A stretch of DNA of 64,000 bases, taken from positions 2,336,001 through 2,400,000 of the forward strand of contig OY970166.1 in NCBI GenBank assembly GCA_963706595.1, in the 5' to 3' direction. Below, one piece after another: positions 31,085 to 40,900 of the stretch. The notes under the pieces are model-generated. The model saw only the letters and a program-made list of their open reading frames with translations, ran no database searches and had not been told where the DNA came from. Positions within the stretch are counted from its first letter, which is position 1; every line of letters starts with the position of its first letter. This stretch comes from an uncultured cyanobacterium (GTDB taxonomy: Bacteria > Cyanobacteriota > Cyanobacteriia > Cyanobacteriales > Nostocaceae). Position numbers and translations under genes: made by a program.

Positions 31085-31681
31085 ACGGTTTACGCACGTC
31101 CTTTAGCACGGTTAATTGAGCAGTTGCAACGCCTACCAGGAGTTGGTCCCAAGTCAGCCCAACGCCTAGCCTTGCACATATTGAAGCGCCCCGAAGCAGA
31201 AGTAGAAGCTTTAGCGCAAGCCCTAATTGATGCAAAAAAGCAGATAGGCTTGTGTTCGGTTTGCTTTCACCTATCTGCTGATCCTGTTTGTGAAATTTGT
31301 CGTCATCCTAACCGTGACAATACATCAATCTGTGTGGTTGCGGATTCTCGTGATTTGATTGCGTTGGAAAAAACCCGCGAATATAAAGGTAAGTATCACG
31401 TCTTGGGTGGGGTAATTTCCCCTATGGATGGTATTGGACCAGAACAGCTAACTATTCAAGCTTTGGTGCGGCGGGTGAGTCAACAAAAAATCCAAGAAGT
31501 GATTATGGCGATTAGTCCGACAATCGAAGGGGAAACTACAACCCTGTATATCGGTCAGCTACTGAAACCATTTACCAAGGTGACACGTATCGCCTTTGGT
31601 CTGCCTGTGGGTGGCGATTTGGAATATGCCGATGAAGTGACGCTGGCAAGAGCCTTGGAAGGTCGCAGAGAGTTAGATTAA
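31085..31681 (+). CDS. recR: Recombination mediator RecR
   Basis: [14 protein letters not shown]4 zinc finger, YHVLGG.ISP, Toprim, GGDLEYAD. The frame extends upstream of TTG 31124 to a probable ACG start at 31085. Confidence 0.95.
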   Translation, partial: TVYARPLARLIEQLQRLPGVGPKSAQRLALHILKRPEAEVEALAQALIDAKKQIGLCSVCFHLSADPVCEICRHPNRDNTSICVVADSRDLIALEKTREYKGKYHVLGGVISPMDGIGPEQLTIQALVRRVSQQKIQEVIMAISPTIEGETTTLYIGQLLKPFTKVTRIAFGLPVGGDLEYADEVTLARALEGRRELD

Positions 31682-31936
31682 GTTTTATCAAGAATTGCTT
31701 AAGAACAGGCGTTGAGTGCTTAATAGTCCGCATCTTTCGATACTATGCTACGAAGATTACTTGCTCGTTAGCTGGGATTTCAGTAGCTTGACAGTTATTT
31801 ACCTGTGGATGTGTAGAATTTCAGGTAATGCTGTAGTGCTATGAACCTTCCATTGTTTGAGTGTTACCAGAATTTCTTCACGGCGAACACTTTTATCCCA
31901 TATCAGTTAACACGAAGCATTCCACCAGGGGCTTAT

Positions 31937-32074
31937 TTAGCGCTCTCCTGTTTTTTCAATCGTTTCGATGACTGCTAAACCAATACCAGAAGCTGCTATT
32001 AGCATGACTGCTGAGAGCAAATACATATTGGTAAACATTCTGAGAGCATCTTCAAAAAACATATAGGTGGTCAT
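31937..32074 (-). CDS. Putative 45-aa single-pass membrane peptide
   Basis: Manual translation MTTYMFFEDALRMFTNMYLLSAVMLIAASGIGLAVIETIEKTGER; GAAGGTG RBS-like sequence upstream; shorter than any ORF in the track. Confidence 0.6.
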   Translation of the reverse strand: MTTYMFFEDALRMFTNMYLLSAVMLIAASGIGLAVIETIEKTGER

Positions 32075-32647
32075 TGCTTCACCTTCTCAACTTTACGCTG
32101 CTAGTAGTTTTGGTTTTTCCACATGACTTAGTAGTTTTTGTAGAAAAATTTATATTAGTATCTTAACAAAACTTTAGCTAATACACGAGATCACTCGCAA
32201 GTTTTTTTTTTAAGATTAGATGAACTTCATCAGCTTTCTGTCACAGAGAATACTGCAAAGGTTTCACTGTCATAATTATGGCTGAAAAAGTTTACGTAAA
32301 TACTTCATTTAAGCAGAGACTTAAATTACAGAGCAAAAATAAATATTATGGAACCATCAAATTTACAAATATTTACGAAACGTTTGTCACTGCGTCTGAA
32401 ATGGCTGGCATAGAAAGAAAATATCTTGATGGAATTTACTGAATAAATTATCAGTTATATGTATTTAAATTTACTTCAAAAATTTCTGAAGTTGAATTAT
32501 TTATAAATATAGCAACCGCCAAGGAGGTGAGGACATTGTTGATTACTGAAAGCCTTGAAGCAACTTGGTTTTTACGGGCTAACGCCCCGCTTCGCTCTAA
32601 ACGCAAGCCATACCCGCAGGGCTTTACAGCACTCAGCACTTTACTAT

Positions 32648-32852
32648 CGCTCTTTTATGACTCTGAAAAAATAAAATATTCTTAGGTTGGGTTAAGCGCA
32701 GCGCAACCCAACGAAACCAAGGATTGTTGGTGTTGGGTTACGCCTTCGGCAAACTACGTTAACGTTCCTCTACCCAACCTACGCCTAAATTCATCCAACT
32801 CCTTGAAAATAAGGGTGAATGATTTTTATCCGACGAAAGTCATAAAAGAGCG
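32648..32852. mobile_element. MITE with 15-bp perfect TIRs containing a REP doublet
   Basis: CGCTCTTTTATGACT / AGTCATAAAAGAGCG; inner TAGGTTGGGT...ACCCAACCTAC at 32683-32782; another GTAG hairpin at 32857-32884. Confidence 0.75.
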
Positions 32853-32896
32853 CTATGTAGGGGCGCAAGGCCTTGCGCCCCGACGAAAGATGTAGT

Positions 32897-33832
32897 TCAA
32901 ATACATGAAAACTGATGTAAGCAGCGTTCAATTGTGGCTAAGACAGATTGGGAAAGTGATGGAAAATCATAACCACCTTCCAAACCAAAGATAATTTTAT
33001 GAGTTATTCCCAGACAAGCGTCTGTAAATAAAGCATAATTTTCTGGTTGTAAATTTGTATCAGCTAAAGGATCTGCCCTGTTACCATCATAACCAGCACT
33101 GACAATCAGTAAGTCTGCCTGAAAGTTAGCTAAAAACGGGATGGCTTTGTTTTCTAGTAGTGGCTGATATGTAGTGATATCACTACCAGGAGGTACAGGT
33201 AGGTTTAAAACATTGTCATAAAATCCAGGTTCAGTAGATTTCCCAGTTCCGGGATAAGACGGATATTGATGTAAAGAACAGTAGGCAATTTGGGGATGAG
33301 TTTCAACGATCGCCTGTGTACCATTACCATGATGCACATCCCAGTCTAAAATGGCGACACGGTTAACTCCTGGTTGTTCTAGGGCATATAAAGCTGCGAT
33401 CGCGGCATTGGAAAATAAGCAAAATCCCATCCCCGTATTACTTTCAGCATGGTGTCCTGGTGGACGTGTTAGGACAAAAGCCGGATTTTTTGTGGCGATT
33501 ACAGTATCAACTCCATCCATCCAAGCACTTACTGCTAACAACGCCACGTCATAACTGCGGGGGGAAACTGGTGTATCACCGTCTAAATAACCGCCACCAG
33601 TAGCAGCAATTTCTTTAACTTTATTGATATAGGTGGGAGTGTGCGCTTTTAATAGTGTAGACATCAGCGATCGCCTTTCTGATGCTGCGGTAGGCGATCG
33701 CCAAGTAATTTTTTCGGCAAAAGCGGCTGATTTCAGGGCATTAACTATAACTGTTAAGCGTTCTGGGCATTCTGGATGATATTTTCCAGTATTGTGATCC
33801 AGAAACTCGTGAGAATAAATGACTGGTAGCAT
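32897..33832 (-). CDS. Histone deacetylase family protein
   Basis: HPECPER, RPPGHHA, GFCLFSN, DWDVHHGNGTQ, SAGYD, LEGGY. Confidence 0.95.
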   Translation of the reverse strand: MLPVIYSHEFLDHNTGKYHPECPERLTVIVNALKSAAFAEKITWRSPTAASERRSLMSTLLKAHTPTYINKVKEIAATGGGYLDGDTPVSPRSYDVALLAVSAWMDGVDTVIATKNPAFVLTRPPGHHAESNTGMGFCLFSNAAIAALYALEQPGVNRVAILDWDVHHGNGTQAIVETHPQIAYCSLHQYPSYPGTGKSTEPGFYDNVLNLPVPPGSDITTYQPLLENKAIPFLANFQADLLIVSAGYDGNRADPLADTNLQPENYALFTDACLGITHKIIFGLEGGYDFPSLSQSVLATIERCLHQFSCI

Positions 33833-33871
33833 AAGGAGAAAAATATCAGCAATAAAATACTGAAATCATTT

Positions 33872-33981
33872 TATAGCAGTTATCGCTTGAGTGAGATACA
33901 AGAACCCCACCCCCAACCCCCTCCCCGCAAGCGAGGAGGGGGCTATGATGGATGTACTTCATTCAAGTGCATACCGCTATA
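33872..33981. mobile_element. MITE-like element, inverted relative of 2033-2128
   Basis: TATAGC...ACCGCTATA ends and the same hairpin core. Confidence 0.7.
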
Positions 33982-33995
33982 TCCTGACTACTACC

Positions 33996-34214
33996 CTACT
34001 CTCGATCATCCATCAGTGTTTCATCAATTGGTTGCTCCAGCATTTCTGGGACTAAAGCGGGATTTCCCCGACGTTCCGCAGGCGATTGTCCTCTGATCAC
34101 ATCATCCATTTTGGGAGGATGTTTAATCATGTCCAGCACCTCTGGACTTAATTGAGATGCAGCATCTTCTGGATGAGTTTTTTCCCTGGGATTGGGAACT
34201 TTTTCCTGATTCAT
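33996..34214 (-). CDS. Hypothetical 72-aa acidic protein
   Basis: ATG start with AAGGAG RBS upstream. Confidence 0.7.
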   Translation of the reverse strand: MNQEKVPNPREKTHPEDAASQLSPEVLDMIKHPPKMDDVIRGQSPAERRGNPALVPEMLEQPIDETLMDDRE

Positions 34215-34377
34215 GGAAAACTCCTTTAACTGCTAGTCTTCACCTTAAGATATATTGTGGCGAGGCGGAAACTATCTTGAGACTTAAATTGCTATTTTTA
34301 AGCATCTCTCAACAGTAGCTATGGTGGGCTGCATTAAAGTGGTAATTTGTAAACATCCTCTAGATATAATAATGATA

Positions 34378-34506
34378 TATAGGAGACGCGCTCAAATGAA
34401 ATATAGGAGACGCGATTAAATGAAATATAGAAGACGCGATTAAATGAAATATAGAAGACGCGATCAAATAAAATATAGAAGACGCGATCAATCGCGTCTC
34501 TACAAG
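34378..34506. repeat. Tandem array of five 24-bp units ending in a REP-like hairpin
   Basis: TATAG(G/A)AGACGCGATTAAATGAAA-like units; terminal AGACGCGATCAATCGCGTCTCTAC. Confidence 0.9.
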
Positions 34507-35012
34507 AATAAATAATCAATTAACTACAGATAAATTACTAAATGCTATGGTTACGCGCATCTATGGCTAGGTCATACCAGCGATTATAGGGAATTGATAT
34601 GGCAATCCTAAATTAGTTATGAACCTAAAGAAAGATCACCAACTTCTTTAAGAAGTCGGGGATCTGAGTCAATTGGATCAGATTTTTTTGAGGAATAAAA
34701 TATTACTAATCAATTTATTTAGCTGATAAACTGCATTTATAATAAAGTCTTAAATAAGGATTTAATAGATTATTTCTTAGAAAAAAAATCACCTAAAAAG
34801 CAACTTGTAAAAAATTTCATATAGCAGCCTATAAAAAATTAACTTTTAAATTTTAACTTCTGATGTTGGAGCTAGTTCGTTTATCGGCAAAACACCAGTC
34901 TATGTGTTAGAATGTTAACAAAATATGGCAATTATTCAAGATTAATTGAGAATAATTTGACGCTTGCAAAAGCGTAAGGGCTAAAATCTACATTTTTGGA
35001 GTTTTTTAGGTT

Positions 35013-37653
35013 ATGACAACCTCACAGGAGAGGATTATCCCGACAGACTTGCGGAACGAAATGTCGCAGTCTTATCTGGAATACGCCATGAGTGTTATTG
35101 TGGGTCGGGCGCTCCCAGATGCCAGGGATGGTCTGAAACCTGTGCATCGTCGCATCCTCTACGCAATGCACGAGCTGGGTCTGATGCACGATCGCCCGTT
35201 TCGGAAATGCGCCCGTGTAGTCGGGGAAGTGTTGGGTAAATATCACCCCCACGGCGATACAGCAGTGTATGATGCTTTGGTGCGGATGGCACAGGATTTT
35301 TCCATGCGATCGCCCCTAATTAACGGGCATGGTAACTTTGGTTCAGTAGACAACGATCCGCCGGCGGCAATGCGGTACACAGAATGTCGTTTGCAAGCCT
35401 TAACTAATCTGTCTCTACTGCAAGACATTGAATCAGAAACCGTCGATTTCATCGATAACTTCGACGGTTCCCAACAAGAACCCACAGTATTACCATCACG
35501 CATCCCCCAATTATTGCTGAATGGTTCCTCCGGAATTGCCGTGGGGATGGCTACGAATATTCCTCCCCACAACTTGGGCGAATTGATTGATGGTTTGGTA
35601 GCCCTGATTCATAATCCAGAGATCACCGACCTGGAATTAATGGAGAACTATATTCAGGGGCCAGACTTTCCCACCGGGGCGCAGGTTTTAGGAACATCTG
35701 GGATTCGGGAAGCTTACACCACTGGACGGGGTTCCATTACCATGCGTGGTGTGGCTACCATTGAAACCGTCGAACAACGAGGACGGCAGGATCGGGAAGC
35801 AATTATTATCACCGAGTTGCCTTACCAAACCAACAAAGCGGCGTTGATTGAAAAAATCGCCGATATGGTGAATGAGAAGCGGTTAGAGGGAATTGCAGAC
35901 ATCCGGGACGAAAGCGATCGCGACGGGATGAGAATTGTAATTGAACTGAAACGCGATTCTTACCCCCGTGTAGTCCTCAATAATCTTTACAAGCAAACCC
36001 CACTCCAAGCCAACTTTGGGGCGAATATGCTGGCGTTGGTGAATGGTAAACCGGAAATCCTCAACCTCAAGAAGTTCTTAGAAGTCTTCTTAGATTTCCG
36101 CATCGAATCCATTACCAGACGCACCCGCTACGAACTGCGAAAAGCCGAAGCCCGTGATCATCTCTTACAAGGGTTATTAATTGCCTTATCGCAGTTAGAT
36201 GCAATTATCGTCTTAATTCGTCACGCACCCGACGCACCCACAGCCAAAGGAGAGTTAATTACAAACTACGGGCTGTCAGAAGTGCAAGCTGACGCTATTT
36301 TGCAGATGCAACTGCGGCGTTTGACTGCCTTAGAAGCAGATAAAATTCGTCAAGAACACGAAGACTTACAAACGCAGATTGCCGATTTGCAAGATATTTT
36401 GGCACGGCGAGAACGGATACTAGAAATCATTGAAACCGAAATCGCTCAGTTAAAAGAAAGCTTTTCTACACCCCGGCGCACAGTAATTTTACCTGGAGAA
36501 GGCGAAATAGATGAGCGTGATTTGATTGCCAATGAAAAAGCGATCATTCTCGTCACAGAGCAAGGTTACATCAAACGGATGCCTGTCAACACCTTTGAAG
36601 CTCAAAGCCGTGCTACCAGAGGTAAAGCTGCTGCTAAGGTCAAAGATGATGATACCATTGAGCATTTCTTGACTTGCTGCGACCATGACAGTATTTTATT
36701 CTTTAGCGATCGCGGTGTCGTCTACTGCTTAAAAGCTTATCAAATTCCCGTGAGTTCCCGTACCAGTCGCGGTACAGCCATTGTACAAATGCTGCCCATT
36801 CCCAGGGAAGAAAAAATCACCTCAATTGTCCCCGTAGACGAGTTTAGCCGGGAAGAATATCTAGTGATGCTCACCAAAGGCGGCAACATTAAGAAAACCG
36901 AACTAGCTGCATTTAGTAACATTAGGGCTAACGGCTTAATTGCCATTTCTCTGGAAGAAGGCGACCAACTGCGCTGGGTGAGACGGGCGCGAGTTGAGGA
37001 CAGCATCTTAGTTGGTTCTCGTCTAGGTATGGCCATTCACTTTAGATGTACCCATGAACAGTTGCGTCCTTTAAGTAGAGCAACTCGTGGAGTCAGAGCC
37101 ATGAAACTGAAGAAAGGGGATGAATTGGTAGGAATGGACATACTTCCAGCCGCCATTCTGGACACCTTAAATACAGATGAACCCGAAACCGCAGAAACCG
37201 AAGCAGTAGAAATCGAAGCAGCAGAAACCGAAGCCGTAGAAACCGAAAATCAGGAGGAAACCGCAGAAGTAGCAAGTACCGGCAGTATACGGCCCTTGGG
37301 TGTTGGTAATTACAATGGGCGGATATGGCAAACGCGTTCCCGTCGCCCAATTCCGACTACAAAACCGTGCTGGTCAGGGTTTAATGGCTACCAAATTCAA
37401 AAACCGTAAAGGCAAAGACAAATTAGCCACCTTACGCATTGTTAATAATGACGATGATGAAATCATGATGGTAACAAAGCGTGGTATTATTATCCGTCAA
37501 GCAGTGAATGCGATTTCCATACAATCGCGGTCAGCAACTGGCGTAAGAGTGCAGCGTCTCGATGAAGAAGATGCCATTAACGGTGTAGCCATAGTTCCTC
37601 CTGATGCAGTTGATGATGTTGACGTGGTGGATGTGCTGGAAGAAGCTGAGTAA
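35013..37653 (+). CDS. gyrA: DNA gyrase subunit A (one apparent frameshift at ~37290)
   Basis: [30 protein letters not shown] catalytic Tyr, pinwheel blades; last blades continue in ORF 37300-37653. Confidence 0.95.
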
Positions 37654-37681
37654 AAAACACAGGGAGAAGCTAATTGTCTTA

Positions 37682-37842
37682 GAGGGTGTTTGAAAAGTTT
37701 TGGGCGAATATAATTCGCTACTACACAAGCAAAGTCCACCTCCGTGGACTAATGGAAAATTAAGGTTTTTAACCCGCGCAGGCGGGTTTAGCTTGTATAG
37801 CCGCGACTTCTAGTCGCCAGGATTGTTTTTCAAACAGCCTCT
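37682..37842. mobile_element. MITE with AGAGGGTGTTTGAAAA / TTTTCAAACAGCCTCT ends
   Basis: Imperfect 16-bp TIRs; internal multi-hairpin repeat. Confidence 0.65.
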
Positions 37843-37844
37843 TA

Positions 37845-37959
37845 AGACTTACGCAAGAACTCTCTAAAACTCTTATTTCTTCGTGTCCTTAGCGTTCTTC
37901 TCCCAAAGGGAGAGGCTAGTGCCAATGCGGTTCGTTTTTCCATGATTTTGCGTAAGTCT
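37845..37959. mobile_element. MITE with AGACTTACGCAA / TTGCGTAAGTCT TIRs overlapping the lnt start
   Basis: Perfect 12-bp TIRs; interior shared with 54212-54270. Confidence 0.7.
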
Positions 37960-39537
37960 CATACCTTACTCCCTTACTTAATCGCCTTAGCCAGTGGTGT
38001 ATTGATGGGGCTAACAGTAGCCCCAGTCGGTGCATGGTTTTTGGCATGGATTGCCCTAGCGCCCCTGTGGGTATTAGTTCTTACCTCTACCTCCTCTCCC
38101 CTCCTCCTAGCCCTAGCCTGGGGTGTGGGCTATCACGGAGTCGCCCTATCCTGGATTACCGGCATTCATCCAATGAATTGGTTGGGCGTTCCTTGGTTGC
38201 CGAGTTTAGCAATTACCTTGTTTTGTTGGTCATTTATCAGCCTCTACGGGGGTTCCCTCGTTACCCTCTGGGCAGCTGCTATGACTCGTTTCACTGTAAA
38301 AAACACTTGGCAGCGTGTTCTAATTGGTACAGCTATATGGTGTGCCTTAGAAAGCCTGTGGAGTGCAAGCCCCCTGTGGTGGAGTTCACTAGCTTATACC
38401 CAAAGTCCCCACAACCTAGTAATATTACACCTCGGTCAACTCTCCGGTGCGAACACAGTCACAGCCGTCATAGTTGCAGTCAATGGATTCATAGCCGAAG
38501 CCTGGATAAACCGCCCAGCAAAAACTTCCTCTGTGTCACGCCATTTGCTACAACGCGGGGAACCCGCGCAAAGCAATGGCTCCTCTGCGCCTCTGCGGTT
38601 GGTAAATAAAAACTTAGCCTCCGCCGCAGCAATATTAATTACCCTTCATCTTCTGGGTTTTTACTTGTATAGCCGTCCCCTAGCCCAACCACCAGAAGCC
38701 GCATTAAAAGTGGGAATTATCCAAGGTAATATTCCCAACGAAATTAAACTTATACCCCAAGGTTTGCGACAGGCGATCGCAGGTTACACCACTGGATATT
38801 ACAATCTAGTAGATCAAGGTGTAGATGCAGTCCTCACCCCAGAAACCGCCTTACCATATTTCCAGCGCGACTTACCCAACACCAGCTTAGTGCAAGCAGT
38901 GGCAGAAAAAGGCGTAGTTGCCTGGATTGGGGCATTTGGACAAAGGGAACGCAGTTATACAAATAGTTTATTTACCTTCACTGGTAACGGTGAAATTTTC
39001 AGCCGTTACGACAAAACCAAATTAGTCCCATTAGGCGAATATATCCCCTTTGAGGGCATTTTCGGCGGCATAATTCAGCGCTTATCACCTTTAAATGCCC
39101 ATCAAGTCCCAGGTTCCACAAATCAGATATTTGATACCCCCTTTGGTCGGGCAATAGTTGGTATTTGTTATGATTCCGCATTTCCCGAATTATTTCGCCG
39201 GCAAGCTGCTGCGGGTGGGCAATTTATTCTCAGTGCTTCTAACGACGCTCATTACACTGCATCTATGCCATTTCAGCATCACGCCTTAGATATGATGCGG
39301 GCGATTGAAACCGATAGATGGACAGTCAGGGCGACGAATACGGGATATTCAGCCTTTGTAGATCCTCATGGGAGAACCTTATGGATATCTAGATATAACA
39401 CATACCAAACTCATGCAGAAACCATATACAAACGACAAACTCAAACTTTGTATGTGCGTTGGGGCGATTGGTTGACAGTTTTGTTGTTGGGTTTGAGTGT
39501 CTTAGATTGGGTTACATCATACCTTTTGGCAAAATGA
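37942..39537 (+). CDS. lnt: Apolipoprotein N-acyltransferase
   Basis: TM N-half, IQGNIP, PETA, YDKTKLVPLGEYIP, ICYD, SNDA, RAIE, RATNTGYSA. Confidence 0.95.
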   Translation: MILRKSHTLLPYLIALASGVLMGLTVAPVGAWFLAWIALAPLWVLVLTSTSSPLLLALAWGVGYHGVALSWITGIHPMNWLGVPWLPSLAITLFCWSFISLYGGSLVTLWAAAMTRFTVKNTWQRVLIGTAIWCALESLWSASPLWWSSLAYTQSPHNLVILHLGQLSGANTVTAVIVAVNGFIAEAWINRPAKTSSVSRHLLQRGEPAQSNGSSAPLRLVNKNLASAAAILITLHLLGFYLYSRPLAQPPEAALKVGIIQGNIPNEIKLIPQGLRQAIAGYTTGYYNLVDQGVDAVLTPETALPYFQRDLPNTSLVQAVAEKGVVAWIGAFGQRERSYTNSLFTFTGNGEIFSRYDKTKLVPLGEYIPFEGIFGGIIQRLSPLNAHQVPGSTNQIFDTPFGRAIVGICYDSAFPELFRRQAAAGGQFILSASNDAHYTASMPFQHHALDMMRAIETDRWTVRATNTGYSAFVDPHGRTLWISRYNTYQTHAETIYKRQTQTLYVRWGDWLTVLLLGLSVLDWVTSYLLAK

Positions 39538-39546
39538 TCACGTAGC

Positions 39547-39632
39547 AATTGAGAAAAATTATTATTGTACTTAACCCCAAAAGTAAGGTATATTTTAATT
39601 TAAAAGTTCCTAATTGAGAATTAGAGTAATTA
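39547..39632. promoter_or_regulatory. Two Fur-box-like sites upstream of the AraC gene
   Basis: AATTGAGAA-containing AT-rich sites at 39547 and 39612, in front of an iron-uptake cluster. Confidence 0.55.
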
Positions 39633-39656
39633 ATTATCTCAAATTGCTGTCAAAAT

Positions 39657-40670
39657 ATGATGGAAGTGATTACGGCAGAAAGGCTTGAGGAAATTGAACA
39701 AGAAAGCCTAGTGCAGTCCGAGACTGTAGAGAATAGCTTTAACGAAATCAAGAAATGGGACAGTATATTTAGTAACGGTTATTATCAGCTAGTTCAGCTG
39801 CGTCCAGGATTAAATTTGAGCATTACTGATGAAACTTATTATCAGGCAATTAATTGTCACAATAATCACTATGGATTTTATGAGCTAACGTCTAAATTTT
39901 ATCTTTCCGGGAATCATGGCGTAATTTGTCCCAGTATTGCCGGAGTTAAGGACAATTATCAAGAGATAGCGGGAAATAACTACTTATTTTATTTACCAGA
40001 TATTGAAGAAATTGAGCAAAATTTTTCAGGCGATCGCATCTATTTAATTAAAATTTGTTTAGAATTAGATTTATTGAAATCCTTCATTAATGGACAAGAC
40101 CAGATACCAAAACAATTACGTCCTTTTTTAGAAAGTGATTCTGCACCACGCTTTCATCAACCAGTTGGTAAAATCACCCGTTCCATGCAGACAGCGTTAC
40201 AACAAATTATTCATGTCCCGTTTGACGGGATGCTACAGCGCATCTATCTGGAAGGTAAGGTATTAGAGTTACTGGCTTTGCAATTTGCCCAACTCATAGA
40301 CACAGATCCAGTTAAAAAACCCTTAATTAACTTGAAATCAGCCGATATTGAGAAAATATATCAAGCACGGGATATCTTAACTCGTAACTACGAACATCCA
40401 CCCTCGCTGCTCGATTTAGCGCAACAAATCGGTATAAATGATAACAAATTAAAATATGGTTTTAAAGAACTGTTTGGTACTACAGTATTTGGATATTTGC
40501 GGGATTATCGCCTAGAAATAGCGCGAAAGCTGCTACAAGAACAAAAACAGAATGTCAGAACCGTAGTAAATACCATTGGTTACGCCAATCAAAGTCACTT
40601 CGCCGCCGCATTTAAGCGTAAATTTGGGATGACTCCCCAAGATTGCCGGTTAGGGAAAAAGGCTGTCTAA
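39657..40670 (+). CDS. AraC family transcriptional regulator (PchR-like)
   Basis: IYLEGKVLELL, PPSLLDLAQQIG, GFKELFGTTVFGY, GYANQSHFAAAFKRKFGMTP. Confidence 0.93.
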   Translation: MMEVITAERLEEIEQESLVQSETVENSFNEIKKWDSIFSNGYYQLVQLRPGLNLSITDETYYQAINCHNNHYGFYELTSKFYLSGNHGVICPSIAGVKDNYQEIAGNNYLFYLPDIEEIEQNFSGDRIYLIKICLELDLLKSFINGQDQIPKQLRPFLESDSAPRFHQPVGKITRSMQTALQQIIHVPFDGMLQRIYLEGKVLELLALQFAQLIDTDPVKKPLINLKSADIEKIYQARDILTRNYEHPPSLLDLAQQIGINDNKLKYGFKELFGTTVFGYLRDYRLEIARKLLQEQKQNVRTVVNTIGYANQSHFAAAFKRKFGMTPQDCRLGKKAV

Positions 40671-40782
40671 ACCAAAGAGATTTTCCAGTCCTAACAAGAG
40701 AATTTAACTGTAAATCCAGTTCCCCTCCTCGCTTGCGGGGAGGGGCTAGGGGTGGGGTCTTCATGTCATAATTTACTCACAT

Positions 40783-40879
40783 TCTCCGTCTAGGGTTCAA
40801 AACTCTCCGTCTACTGTATAGACTTGACCTGTATAAATTACATAAACTCTTCCCACAGATAGTTGCTAATTATTAGCAA
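40783..40879 (+). promoter_or_regulatory. Receptor promoter: direct repeat plus Fur-like palindrome
   Basis: TCTCCGTCTA at 40783 and 40804 (21-bp period); perfect 8-1-8 palindrome TTGCTAAT-T-ATTAGCAA at 40863-40879. Confidence 0.65.
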
Positions 40880-40900
40880 TATTTAATTTGCATTTGTGGA

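Noticed and set aside
34378..34506. CRISPR array, or the 61-aa ORF 34334-34519
   Set aside because: Plain 24-bp tandem repeat; the ORF is just the translated repeat.
35013..37653. gyrA as a true pseudogene or programmed frameshift
   Set aside because: Essential gene, otherwise intact, no slippery sequence; error is more likely.
38034..38609. 191-aa alternative-frame ORF inside lnt, and similar shadow ORFs (e.g. 9406-9831, 52077-52505)
   Set aside because: Overlap well-supported genes and show no recognisable motifs.
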